Below are positions 1 to 8,305 of a stretch of DNA of 64,000 nucleotides, in pieces. The position numbers were made by a program, and so were the translations under genes. The stretch is from an uncultured bacterium (GTDB lineage Bacteria; Acidobacteriota; Thermoanaerobaculia; Multivoradales; JAHZIX01), in the NCBI GenBank assembly GCA_965368975.1, contig CBDUPA010000028.1, positions 1-64,000 of the forward strand, given 5' to 3'. The notes beneath the pieces are model-generated. The model made no database searches. It was given only the letters and a program-made list of their open reading frames with translations, and was not told the origin of the DNA. Within the stretch, counting starts at the first letter, position 1. Each line of letters opens with the position of its first letter.

Positions 1-1
1 G

Positions 2-508
2 ACCTGCCTACACAAGGGCTGTGGCCGCGAGTGTCTGCATACGGAGATTGGGTTCTACCCGGCCGCGCCGGCAAGCGCGAGCACGGACCTGGTGCCCGAC
101 CCGAAGTGGAAGGAGCGCGCCGATATGCGCAACTGGCGTCTGCACCTGACGCGCTTCGACATGGCGTGCGAGATCTACATTCAGAGCCTGCCGACGTGGG
201 CCGTGAACCTGATGATCCGAACCGGCACCGGGGGTAGCGATGGCTTCGCCGCTGGCATGGTGCGGCGGTGGGCTCAGCACTCCGGCGGCGGGAAGGTACG
301 CAAGGGCATCTTGCGCGACAAGTATGGCGGCCAGGTGGCCACCCAGGAAGAACGCGACGTGTTCGTGAAGTGCGGTGTTCCGTGGGTAGCACCCGAGCGG
401 CGGCAGAGTGCTCAGCAGGTGTGGGACCTGGCGGCCGCGCAGACGGCGAAGGAGCGACGGAGCCGGGCAAAGACGATTCGGTGTATGCGCTACTCGGTGT
501 CGGCCTAG
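2..508 (+). CDS. DNA polymerase X (Pol beta) family protein, C-terminal part; 5' end outside the window
   Basis: Frame is open from position 2. 'WAVNLMIRTGTGGSDGF...EERDVFVKCGVPWVAPERR' matches the PolX palm/thumb signature (TGS..F; EE..F..LGLPWI.PE.R). Confidence 0.7.
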   Translation, partial: TCLHKGCGRECLHTEIGFYPAAPASASTDLVPDPKWKERADMRNWRLHLTRFDMACEIYIQSLPTWAVNLMIRTGTGGSDGFAAGMVRRWAQHSGGGKVRKGILRDKYGGQVATQEERDVFVKCGVPWVAPERRQSAQQVWDLAAAQTAKERRSRAKTIRCMRYSVSA

Positions 509-690
509 GCGTCGTCTTCGCTCTCTGATTCGGGATCGGGGATCGGTTCGCCGAGGTCATCCCGTGCCGCTTCAAGAGCAACCCAACGCATGTACCCGGC
601 GATGGTTGCTTGGCGCCTGGAGGCTGCCTTCTCGATGAACGCCTTGTGGGTTGGGCTGAGCCGAATCGAGATGTGGATCTTGGGCGGCAT
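505..690 (-). CDS. Ribbon-helix-helix protein, DUF1778/TacA-like
   Basis: 'IHISIRLSPTHKAFIEKAASRRQATIAGYMRWVALEAA' has a beta-strand plus two helices pattern. Confidence 0.7.
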   Translation of the reverse strand: MPPKIHISIRLSPTHKAFIEKAASRRQATIAGYMRWVALEAARDDLGEPIPDPESESEDDA

Positions 691-715
691 GGCCTAAGAG
701 TACCAGACTTCGCTG

Positions 716-750
716 TTGACATAGCCCGCGTTATGCGCGCATAATACGGG
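716..750 (+). promoter_or_regulatory. Sigma70-type promoter overlapped by a palindromic operator
   Basis: TTGACA (716-721), 18 bp, CATAAT (740-745). Perfect palindrome TTATGCGCGCATAA at 731-744, flanked by CCCG/CGGG. Confidence 0.6.
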
Positions 751-907
751 CATATGAGGTGATAAGAGGAAGTCGCTAAGGCGCAAGCGCGTAACTATGC
801 CAAGACTTCGAATCTTGACACGAACTTCAGTCCAGGGGACAATTCGAAGGTTTTGGCCTCGTGCCTTGAAATCATCTCTTGTGCTTGGGAGCGTTCAATA
901 GGCCGTT

Positions 908-2296
908 TTGGGTCTCGGGTGTTTGGACTTTGGAGGATTAGCTGACATGTGGCATATGCCTGAAGAGACGTATCGAGAAAGGACGCTGCGCGCCGTGACG
1001 GAACACTGGCTCGCGGTGTACCTGGACTCCCTGCGGCGAATGCCGGTTCTGTTCGACTTGTGGATGGAACTGGTTCGCCAGCATCCGGATCTCAGCTCCA
1101 AGCTCGAACGCCTCGAATCCCTGCAACGGGAACTCGCCTATCTCTTCGGCTTCCAGCACAGCCTGGAACGGATGGAGCGAGCAGGCCAGACCCTGGACGA
1201 AGCCGCGCGCGAATGCTGCGAGTCGCCAGACTGGCGCCACAACGCGGCCGCCTGTGCGGCGCTCGCGACGAGACGGTCACGCCAGACGGCGGGCCGGAAT
1301 CCCGCCAAGTCACTGTACTGGGGAGAAGTCGCCTGCAACGCAGCCGCGACGCTGAGCATGGAGGAAATGGAAACGGTGCTCGGTGGGTCCGCGGAGAAGC
1401 CCACGGAGACCATTCGAGACATTACCAAGCAGCGCGACGGGCACCTCCTGATCCAGGTGCGAGCCTTGGCCGCGAAGGCGAACGCCCAGAGAGTCAGTGG
1501 CGCCCCGCGAACTGCCGCGAAGCTGCTGGAGGAAGCGGACTATACCTTGCTGAGTGGGGGGCTGAAACCTGCCGTGGTGCTAGACGACCTGTATGACCTG
1601 CTGAGCATTCGGCTGTCGGTGCTGATCGACTTGGGGCAGTTCGATAACGCGCTGGAGATGGTGCCGCGGGTGCTGGGGATGGCTGCTACCGAGGAGCAGC
1701 GGGGGTGCGTCTCTTGTCAACAGGGAAGGCTCTTCGCCGAGAGTGGCCGGCCTGAAGAAGCTGTAAGCGCCTACAAGCGCGGACTCGAGTTGCTGCCAGA
1801 TTCAACTCACCATCGGCCGGCCATCGCAGTTTCAATTGCCAACAATCTACTAGACATGGACTGCCCCGACGAGGCCAAGGCCTGGATCAGGGATGTTCCT
1901 GCGCCTCGGGGCTCGGTTCTTCAATTCAAGATCATGACCGTTCGTGCACGGTTGTCGGCAACTGAGGGACAACCTGAGGAAGCCGAGCAACTGTTCGTGG
2001 CAACCTTCAATGGCTTCATGCAACATGGTGCTGTGGCGCTAGCAGCCCTCGTCTTGCTCGACATGGCTCAGGAGTGCGCACAAGGGAGCCGCGCTGAGAT
2101 TCTTGCAGCGTCTGCACGCCTGTTGAAGCACACCGAGCTGGAAGAGCCCGCACGTTTCGCGATCGACTTACTAAGACAGCATGTTCAGGCCAACACACTG
2201 ACAATCGGCGCTGTGGCCGCACTGCGTAACCATCTGGCGACAGGTAAAGATCCTGCCGCCAGACGGCAATCCAGCTCAGCCCCCGCCCGATCCTGA
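908..2296 (+). CDS. Tetratricopeptide-repeat (all-helical) protein; start may be the ATG at 948
   Basis: TPR-like repeats 'LGQFDNALEM', 'QGRLFAESGRPEEAVSAYKRGLEL', 'GQPEEAEQLF'. Confidence 0.75.
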   Translation: MGLGCLDFGGLADMWHMPEETYRERTLRAVTEHWLAVYLDSLRRMPVLFDLWMELVRQHPDLSSKLERLESLQRELAYLFGFQHSLERMERAGQTLDEAARECCESPDWRHNAAACAALATRRSRQTAGRNPAKSLYWGEVACNAAATLSMEEMETVLGGSAEKPTETIRDITKQRDGHLLIQVRALAAKANAQRVSGAPRTAAKLLEEADYTLLSGGLKPAVVLDDLYDLLSIRLSVLIDLGQFDNALEMVPRVLGMAATEEQRGCVSCQQGRLFAESGRPEEAVSAYKRGLELLPDSTHHRPAIAVSIANNLLDMDCPDEAKAWIRDVPAPRGSVLQFKIMTVRARLSATEGQPEEAEQLFVATFNGFMQHGAVALAALVLLDMAQECAQGSRAEILAASARLLKHTELEEPARFAIDLLRQHVQANTLTIGAVAALRNHLATGKDPAARRQSSSAPARS

Positions 2297-2389
2297 ACCG
2301 CTCGAGCCAGAGCCTCCGTTAGGGTCCATGCTGGTCCCCAGCTCATCCGGATCGACAATCCCCAGCCAAATCAGTAATTCAGTCCACAT
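2276..2389 (-). CDS. 37-aa peptide MWTELLIWLGIVDPDELGTSMDPNGGSGSSGSGSGGG
   Basis: AAGGAG Shine-Dalgarno upstream of the ATG at 2389. Convergent with, and overlapping, the 3' end of the TPR gene. Confidence 0.6.
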   Translation of the reverse strand: MWTELLIWLGIVDPDELGTSMDPNGGSGSSGSGSGGG

Positions 2390-2564
2390 ACTCTTTCTCC
2401 TTCTAACCGCGCGGACACGGGCCCCCACCCAATGCGAGAGCCTGCCGCGCAGGTAACCCGTAAGTGTAACTCTTTGCGCACTTGGGCGTCTTGCAGTGCT
2501 ACGAATACGGGCATTGGCATTTGCAAGGACTCTACTAAGAACACGAAGAGAGGGAGAAAGAAGG

Positions 2565-2589
2565 GCCGGCCGGTAACGCACCGGCCGGC
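2565..2589 (-). terminator. Probable intrinsic terminator of ORF 2603-2821
   Basis: 10-bp stem GCCGGCCGGT/ACCGGCCGGC with a 5-nt loop, followed on the minus strand by a pyrimidine-rich tract. Confidence 0.55.
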
Positions 2590-2602
2590 AAAGGGAGGAA
2601 AC

Positions 2603-2821
2603 TCAGCTGCCGTTTGCCGCCAGGCTGTAGAGCCGCGCGTTCAGCCTGGTCACGGCCTCCGCGATCCTTTCGGCTTGCCGGCGTGTGGCGGATGGCTCTT
2701 CGCAGTCGGTGCCCGCGGCGCGGAGGCGGTCGACGGCGAGTTGCAGCGCGGCGCTGGCGGCGACGATGGGACGGATGCCATCGCCGGCTCTGCGCTCAAG
2801 GCGGAGGTCTGTTCTGCTCAT
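2603..2821 (-). CDS. Hypothetical helical phage protein
   Basis: GGAG RBS upstream, terminator downstream. Confidence 0.55.
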   Translation of the reverse strand: MSRTDLRLERRAGDGIRPIVAASAALQLAVDRLRAAGTDCEEPSATRRQAERIAEAVTRLNARLYSLAANGS

Positions 2822-2948
2822 GATCTGTGCTCCGGTGTCGGGTTTAGGCTTCTCTCTTCTCTAGCGGTATCTCTGCCCACTATGGACCAATAATAAGACC
2901 TATTTATGGCTCCATATTGAATGCACGATAGGTCTATCCTTTGTGCGT

Positions 2949-3122
2949 ATGAGCAAGAAGAGTCGCCGCCGCCCTACCAAAGTCGGAAGAATGCACCCCG
3001 TGAAGGCGCTGTTTCACACGGACGAGTTGGATGCGCTGGACAAGGCTGCCGAGGAGCGGGACCGGTCGCGGGCGGAGATCATCCGGTTGGCGGTGCGGAA
3101 GTACTTGCAGATCGAGGACTAA
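2949..3122 (+). CDS. CopG-family ribbon-helix-helix regulator (57 aa, not in the ORF track)
   Basis: Translates to MSKKSRRRPTKVGRMHPVKALFHTDELDALDKAAEERDRSRAEIIRLAVRKYLQIED. 'L..LD..A......SRAEIIR.A...YL' is the CopG/RHH_1 pattern. Confidence 0.8.
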   Translation: MSKKSRRRPTKVGRMHPVKALFHTDELDALDKAAEERDRSRAEIIRLAVRKYLQIED

Positions 3123-3133
3123 GTACGCCCGCA

Positions 3134-3162
3134 TTGACATGTATATACGAGTGTAGTAGCCT
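3134..3162 (+). promoter_or_regulatory. Sigma70-type promoter, probably leaderless
   Basis: TTGACA, 17 bp, TAGCCT, with the ATG 6 nt downstream. Confidence 0.6.
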
Positions 3163-3168
3163 CCCCCC

Positions 3169-3318
3169 ATGGGCCAGATGAACCTTCGCATCGACGACGA
3201 CCTGAAGCGTCGCTTCATGGCACACATCAAGAGTCGGCACATGAGCGCGTCCTCTTTGATCGTGGAGTGGATCAAGGAGTGGACAGACACGTGTGACGAG
3301 GAAGGGGGCACGCCGTGA
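3169..3318 (+). CDS. ParG/Arc-like ribbon-helix-helix protein (49 aa, not in the ORF track)
   Basis: MGQMNLRIDDDLKRRFMAHIKSRHMSASSLIVEWIKEW... Its stop overlaps the GTG of the next gene. Confidence 0.75.
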   Translation: MGQMNLRIDDDLKRRFMAHIKSRHMSASSLIVEWIKEWTDTCDEEGGTP

Positions 3319-3926
3319 ACTGGAAGCAAGCGATGGAATGGTTGGCGATGAAAGCCCAAGGCTTCGACGCAGACCTTGGACCGCAGGATCTCGGCGTTCT
3401 CGCTCACAGCATTCAAGATCAATCCACCAAGTGGATCGACGGAGAGCTGGGCAAGAGATCAACTCCTACGGACCTCGGGCGGTTTCTCCTGGCGATCGTT
3501 GCCGGCGAGCACCTGGACGGTCGGGACCGTTGGGAACCAGCCCTCGAAGCGCTGTGGGCTCTGTGCCGGCGAGAGGTGGCCACCGGAACCCGCCCCTTGT
3601 GCATCAAGATCGATCGCGAGACGAAGAAGCACCTACTGCTAGGGCGAGATCGCTTCGGTTACCCTTTCTACTTCATCGACGCGGTTCACCTGGGGCCTGA
3701 CCGCTTTTGCGGTGTCGAAGTCGAAGTGCGGCGGGACCTGAGCGCTCAGGACGAACTGCACGGGCTGCGGCAGGTGTTCAGCCTGGCGCAGGCTGCCGAG
3801 ACAGGTTCATGGTTCGAGCCTCTCGCGCTCCGGATGGATGAACTAGAGCATGCGCGGCCGGAAGGGATGTCGAAGCCCATCTACGTCGAGGATCGCGACG
3901 ATCTCAACCTGGACGACTTGTTCTGA
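3315..3926 (+). CDS. Hypothetical phage protein
   Basis: Translationally coupled ORF (GTGA overlap) with plausible composition. Confidence 0.6.
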   Translation: MNWKQAMEWLAMKAQGFDADLGPQDLGVLAHSIQDQSTKWIDGELGKRSTPTDLGRFLLAIVAGEHLDGRDRWEPALEALWALCRREVATGTRPLCIKIDRETKKHLLLGRDRFGYPFYFIDAVHLGPDRFCGVEVEVRRDLSAQDELHGLRQVFSLAQAAETGSWFEPLALRMDELEHARPEGMSKPIYVEDRDDLNLDDLF

Positions 3927-3943
3927 CCTAAAGGAACACCACC

Positions 3944-4306
3944 ATGAGCGAGCCGCAGAAGTGCCTTATCATTCCGGATACCCAGACGCGCCGGATCATC
4001 GCGAAACTCAAGACCCACACGATGCTCCAGCCTGTAGACGAGAAGACCAGCTCTGTCGAGTTCAGGTTGACCTACCAGGACCGAACGCCGGAGCCCAGCC
4101 CCGACCAGGGCGTCGCGATCGAGGTGACGGGCGACGTCGACTTACCGCCCGCGAATCCCGTTGATCAAGAAGTGGTCGACCAGCTAGTCGAGTCGTGGAT
4201 TGCTGTGGAGTCCTTCCGGCGTTCTTGGGAGCAACAGCGGCTCAGGGACGAGTGGCTACACCCGCGTCAGAGCTGCCCGCGCGGGCTCCAGATGATCGAC
4301 TGCTAG
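3944..4306 (+). CDS. Hypothetical phage protein
   Basis: AAGGA RBS upstream. Confidence 0.6.
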   Translation: MSEPQKCLIIPDTQTRRIIAKLKTHTMLQPVDEKTSSVEFRLTYQDRTPEPSPDQGVAIEVTGDVDLPPANPVDQEVVDQLVESWIAVESFRRSWEQQRLRDEWLHPRQSCPRGLQMIDC

Positions 4307-4333
4307 TCGATCCAAGTTGCGCAATCTGTCAAC

Positions 4334-4996
4334 CTAGCCGCCGGTGCTTGACCCCGGCTCAATCCACACCACGACATACCCCCGCGTATCCAGATGCACA
4401 AACCACCGCTCCGGATACACCCCCACCCCACCCCGAATCACAAACTCCCTCGGCCAGTCCGGGTTCCAGCTGACGACCGGGATCAGCTCACGATACGGGA
4501 TCAGCACCGCCTGATCCCGCCGAGCCGGAACGGCGCCGACTGCCGGACGCTGGTGCCCCAGCCACACCGGTAGACGCGGCAACCCCACGGGCCAGCGGCA
4601 CTGGTAGTCGTGTTCCATCGCGTCCACCAGGTAGGCGCCCACCTGCTCGGGTGTCGAGCCCTCGACCCAGAAATCAACAGCCATGAACGCCTGGTGCTCC
4701 GATAGAGGCTCGCCGCCGATCAGCTGGTTATAGAGCGGCGCGCGAAAGCAGCTGGTGATGTGGGTCGGCCGGCCGAAGGCACGGCGGACGCGATCCAGCA
4801 GACAGGCTGTCGGGGCGATGTTGCCCCACAGGCAGCGCGGCGGCAGGTGGTTGCCGGGCTTCTGGCATGCCACGAGGAACTCCCACGCTTGGAAGTTCTC
4901 CACCCCCAGCGACGCGAAGTACTCCACGAACTCGTCGAGCAGGGTCAGGCTTGCCGGGTCGTGCGCGTAGTGCTCTCGTAGCTGGGGGTGGTTCAC
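4334..4996 (-). CDS. Peptidase M15A family endolysin
   Basis: 'ITSCFRAPLYNQLIGG...SEH....AVDF' and 'GGVGVY...FVHLDTRG' motifs. Last gene of the late operon. Confidence 0.88.
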   Translation of the reverse strand: MNHPQLREHYAHDPASLTLLDEFVEYFASLGVENFQAWEFLVACQKPGNHLPPRCLWGNIAPTACLLDRVRRAFGRPTHITSCFRAPLYNQLIGGEPLSEHQAFMAVDFWVEGSTPEQVGAYLVDAMEHDYQCRWPVGLPRLPVWLGHQRPAVGAVPARRDQAVLIPYRELIPVVSWNPDWPREFVIRGGVGVYPERWFVHLDTRGYVVVWIEPGSSTGG

Positions 4997-5000
4997 CGGC

Positions 5001-5228
5001 TCAGTCCGCAGGTTCCCGGGCAGCAGGAAGGTTCGGATGTCCTGCCCACAACTCGGCGACTTTGGAAGCCTCCTGGCGTACGATCCACCGTTTGCCGTTG
5101 CGCAAGTGGATCAGCGTTTGCACCGTGCCGTAGCCGTCCGTCTCGGCCTCTTCGACCGCTACGATCTCCCCTGCGAGAATCCAGATATCCCGCCCTTCGA
5201 CACCAAGAAAACAAACCATTCTGTTCAT
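5001..5228 (-). CDS. Small hypothetical phage protein
   Basis: Coupled ORF in the late operon. Confidence 0.5.
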   Translation of the reverse strand: MNRMVCFLGVEGRDIWILAGEIVAVEEAETDGYGTVQTLIHLRNGKRWIVRQEASKVAELWAGHPNLPAAREPAD

Positions 5229-5440
5229 CTCTTATCTTCCCGTTGAAGCCTCTCGGATGCTGCCCGGAAGCCGCCGTAGGCAGCGGTGATCGTCTTCTCA
5301 GACAGGCGGCCGCCCTCTTTCCCGAGAGCCCTTTGTGCGTCTCGGGCCGTCTTGACGGCAGCTTCTCGGCTTGTGGGTCGGTAATCTCGGGTGTAGGTTT
5401 CGGCCATGACGGGTCTCCTTGGTTTTCGAACCGGGTTCAT
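5225..5440 (-). CDS. Small hypothetical phage protein (start may be 5408)
   Basis: AGGAG upstream of the internal MAETY start; coupled to the next ORF. Confidence 0.5.
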   Translation of the reverse strand: MNPVRKPRRPVMAETYTRDYRPTSREAAVKTARDAQRALGKEGGRLSEKTITAAYGGFRAASERLQREDKR

Positions 5441-5459
5441 CCCGGCTCGGAGAGTTGGT

Positions 5460-6824
5460 TCAGCGGATCACCTCGAGGAACTCCAGCTCCGTCCCCACCA
5501 CCTCTGCCCCATCCCAGGCCAGCGCATAGCCGAGTTCTTCCTCGGGAACGGGCACCGGCTTGACCCAATAGGCCAACGGTGCCGGCCGGCCGGGCCGACC
5601 TTCGAAGGGGGCGAGCAGCAGCGGCAGACGGCCGCCGACCATGAGGGCCTGCAGGCGCGCGACGTCGGCGCCGCTGGCGTACTCGAGGCGCAGGCGGATG
5701 TGGCGATAGACGGGGGCGGCGGGATAGGTCTCGGGACCGTCGCCGGCTTCGATGGCGCGGGCCGTCGTGCGGGGCTCGATCCGGCTGCCCTTGTCCCAGC
5801 CGTTGTAGAGCGTCCAGCCGGTACCGAGGAACAGGTGGGCAGCTTCAAGGTAGGGGTCTGCGCCGGTGCCGGGGTCTGGCGGGGCCGGGTCTTCCAGGTC
5901 GATCCGCGCGTGCGTGACGCCGGCCACTCCGGCAAGGCTGGTGCCCTTGGGGGTGGTGAGCAGGTGGTGCAGGGTGCGCGGGACGCGCTGCGCGTCGCCG
6001 GGGCGTAGCGCGTCGACCACGGACGCCGGCACCGCGCGCAGGGGGCCACTGTCGTAGAGGGTTTCCGCGTCGTCCTGGGCCAGCTGTAGAGCCATGGGGC
6101 CGATCTCGTGACCGATCCCGGTGACGCTGAGGGTGAGCACCTCGCCAGCGGCCAGGCCGTCGCTACTCCAGCGCAGCTCGAGGACTCGTTCCCAGGTGGA
6201 CGGTGTCGGCGCCGGCAGCTCCCACGGGCGGCGCGGGGAGACGCCAAAACTGGAACTCGCCGTGCTGGCGATCACGGACGCATCGGCGCGCAGCACGGCG
6301 AGGGAGACGGGGCCAGGGACGGCGGCGGGGGTGGCCAGGCGCACCCGGACCAGGAACCGGTGCTCGGCAGCGCCCGCGAGCAGATCGGCCGGTAGCGGCG
6401 CGCTGACGGTGTCGAGCTGGGTAGACTGCGCGGGATTGGTGGGGGTCGACCAGGTGGCGCCCACTCCGCTCTCGGGATCGCCGGCCGGGACCGTCGCCGG
6501 CAGGTTGACGGCTGCCGCCACGCTGGCGGGGGCCTGGTGCAGCGGTGCCGGCGGTGGCGCGGTGCCCAGGCGCAGGCGCCAGTGCGCCAGCGGGGACAGG
6601 TTGTGCCCGGTGATCGCCGCGGCGGAGATCTCGGACGGTTCGACGAAGGCGGCCAGGATCGCGCAGTCCGCGACCGCGGCCGACGCCGAGCGCCACCGCT
6701 GGTAGTAGCCGGCGGTATCCGGCTGCACCAGGGTGGCCTCGGCGCCGACTTGCTCGCTCGAAGCGCTCACGGTGGTGCCGTGACGCGCTTCGGCGAGGTT
6801 GTGATCACAGAGGAACGTGGCCAT
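5460..6824 (-). CDS. Putative minor tail protein
   Basis: Position in the tail module. N-terminal 'RWRS...AITGHNL' resembles tail-tip proteins. Confidence 0.55.
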   Translation of the reverse strand: MATFLCDHNLAEARHGTTVSASSEQVGAEATLVQPDTAGYYQRWRSASAAVADCAILAAFVEPSEISAAAITGHNLSPLAHWRLRLGTAPPPAPLHQAPASVAAAVNLPATVPAGDPESGVGATWSTPTNPAQSTQLDTVSAPLPADLLAGAAEHRFLVRVRLATPAAVPGPVSLAVLRADASVIASTASSSFGVSPRRPWELPAPTPSTWERVLELRWSSDGLAAGEVLTLSVTGIGHEIGPMALQLAQDDAETLYDSGPLRAVPASVVDALRPGDAQRVPRTLHHLLTTPKGTSLAGVAGVTHARIDLEDPAPPDPGTGADPYLEAAHLFLGTGWTLYNGWDKGSRIEPRTTARAIEAGDGPETYPAAPVYRHIRLRLEYASGADVARLQALMVGGRLPLLLAPFEGRPGRPAPLAYWVKPVPVPEEELGYALAWDGAEVVGTELEFLEVIR

Positions 6825-6827
6825 GGT

Positions 6828-7157
6828 TCAGCCCTTCAGGTGGTCCAGGACACGGTCGAGATCCTCCATCAGCCTGAGATAGGCCAGGTAGGCTTTGTTG
6901 GTGCGTTCGTTGATGTCGGCGCCGGCTTCGGGATTGAGCCCGCGCACGGTGAGATCGTGGGTCAGCAACATGCGCTCGAGCGACGCCAACACCAGCGAGC
7001 TTTGGCGCACGGAGCTGGCCAGTTCTGCCATGGAGGCGGTGTTGGAGGTCTGGTTCTTTTGCAGCCAGCGCAGGCTGAAGACCAGCACGAGCAGCGGCAG
7101 GATGCCGGAACCGTAGGTTTCGTAGAGTTCCAGGATCATCGGCAAGGTGAGTTCCAT
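6828..7157 (-). CDS. Holin-like membrane protein
   Basis: Single N-terminal hydrophobic helix (YGSGILPLLVLVFSLRWL) followed by a coiled coil, near the endolysin. Confidence 0.45.
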   Translation of the reverse strand: MELTLPMILELYETYGSGILPLLVLVFSLRWLQKNQTSNTASMAELASSVRQSSLVLASLERMLLTHDLTVRGLNPEAGADINERTNKAYLAYLRLMEDLDRVLDHLKG

Positions 7158-8233
7158 CAGTCGACACCCGGGCCCTGGGTGGGGGGCTGGGCTGGCGCGC
7201 ACAGCGCCGCGGCGGCGCGCAGCAGATCGCACACGGACGGCTCGGCGGCCGGCACCGGCAGCACGGGCGGTTCCGGCGTGGTCGGCGGTGCGGTGGGGGT
7301 CACCGGCGGCGGCAGCGTCTCACCGGTGTTCTCGGGGATGTCGGTGGTCGCGAAGACTTCGGCGACGGTCTCCCCCTTGGCGTTGCACAGCCCGAAGGGT
7401 GGGCACTCGCCGATCGAACCGGATACCCGGTAGGCGGCGCTGATCGAGTAGCTGCCCGGCACGTTGGGCACGCTACAGGTGGTCTCGTGGGTGAGACTCG
7501 GCAGACAGTGCCCGCTGAGGCTCCAGTCCCAGCGCGGCCAGAACAGGGAGCTGAACGCCGTCTCGACGCGGCCGGTGCAGTCGAAGTCGACCATGTCGCC
7601 GCGCTTCTCGCGTTGAGCTGCCAACTCCCCGGACCGCGCGCAGTCGATCGAGACCACGATCGGTGGCGTGTCGCTGCGGATCTGCACGGTGTAGAAGGCA
7701 CCCACCGAACACACGGTGCCGTCGAGCAGGGAGACATCCGCCGTCGCCTGCACCTGGTGGGCACCGGAGATCGGGTAGGCGAAGGTCAAGGCCGGGCCGT
7801 TGGTGGGTACCTGGCTGTCCAGCCGGGACGACGGTACCCAGTGCACCGGCGGCCGCAACACCATGGTGTCGGGTACTACCAGCTTGAAGGAAGCCGGCTT
7901 GCCGATATCGCCGAAGTTCGGGCCCTGGATGCGCACGGCGGTGCGGATCAGGGACGGGCACGGCGCCTGTAGCCCCAGCTGGCGCGCGCTGCTCTTCAGC
8001 AGCCGAGCCGCGAGCGCTCCCGAGGGGTTGACGGGCTGGAGCTGGGTGACCTCGAACTGGTCGACCAGCTTCTCGACGCTCAGAAGGCCGGGGATGTCCG
8101 GCACCTCGGCGCCTGGCGCGGGGACGCTCTGGGGATGAATGGCCAGGGCGGGGCCACAGCCGGTGATCAGTACCACCAGCAGGAAGTACTGGAGGAGCGA
8201 GGTGATCGACGGGTGATACTTGGATTCAGACAC
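7157..8233 (-). CDS. Exported or lipoprotein-like protein with Cys-containing beta-rich domains and a Pro-rich tail
   Basis: 'LLQYFLLVVLITGC' signal/lipobox-like N-terminus; AAGGAG RBS. Confidence 0.55.
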   Translation of the reverse strand: MSESKYHPSITSLLQYFLLVVLITGCGPALAIHPQSVPAPGAEVPDIPGLLSVEKLVDQFEVTQLQPVNPSGALAARLLKSSARQLGLQAPCPSLIRTAVRIQGPNFGDIGKPASFKLVVPDTMVLRPPVHWVPSSRLDSQVPTNGPALTFAYPISGAHQVQATADVSLLDGTVCSVGAFYTVQIRSDTPPIVVSIDCARSGELAAQREKRGDMVDFDCTGRVETAFSSLFWPRWDWSLSGHCLPSLTHETTCSVPNVPGSYSISAAYRVSGSIGECPPFGLCNAKGETVAEVFATTDIPENTGETLPPPVTPTAPPTTPEPPVLPVPAAEPSVCDLLRAAAALCAPAQPPTQGPGVD

Positions 8234-8305
8234 TGGGGTCTCCTTGGGGATATGGACCCGCGGGCAGCTGCCAGCGGATCCTGTTGTTGAAATCGATATG
8301 AAGGC

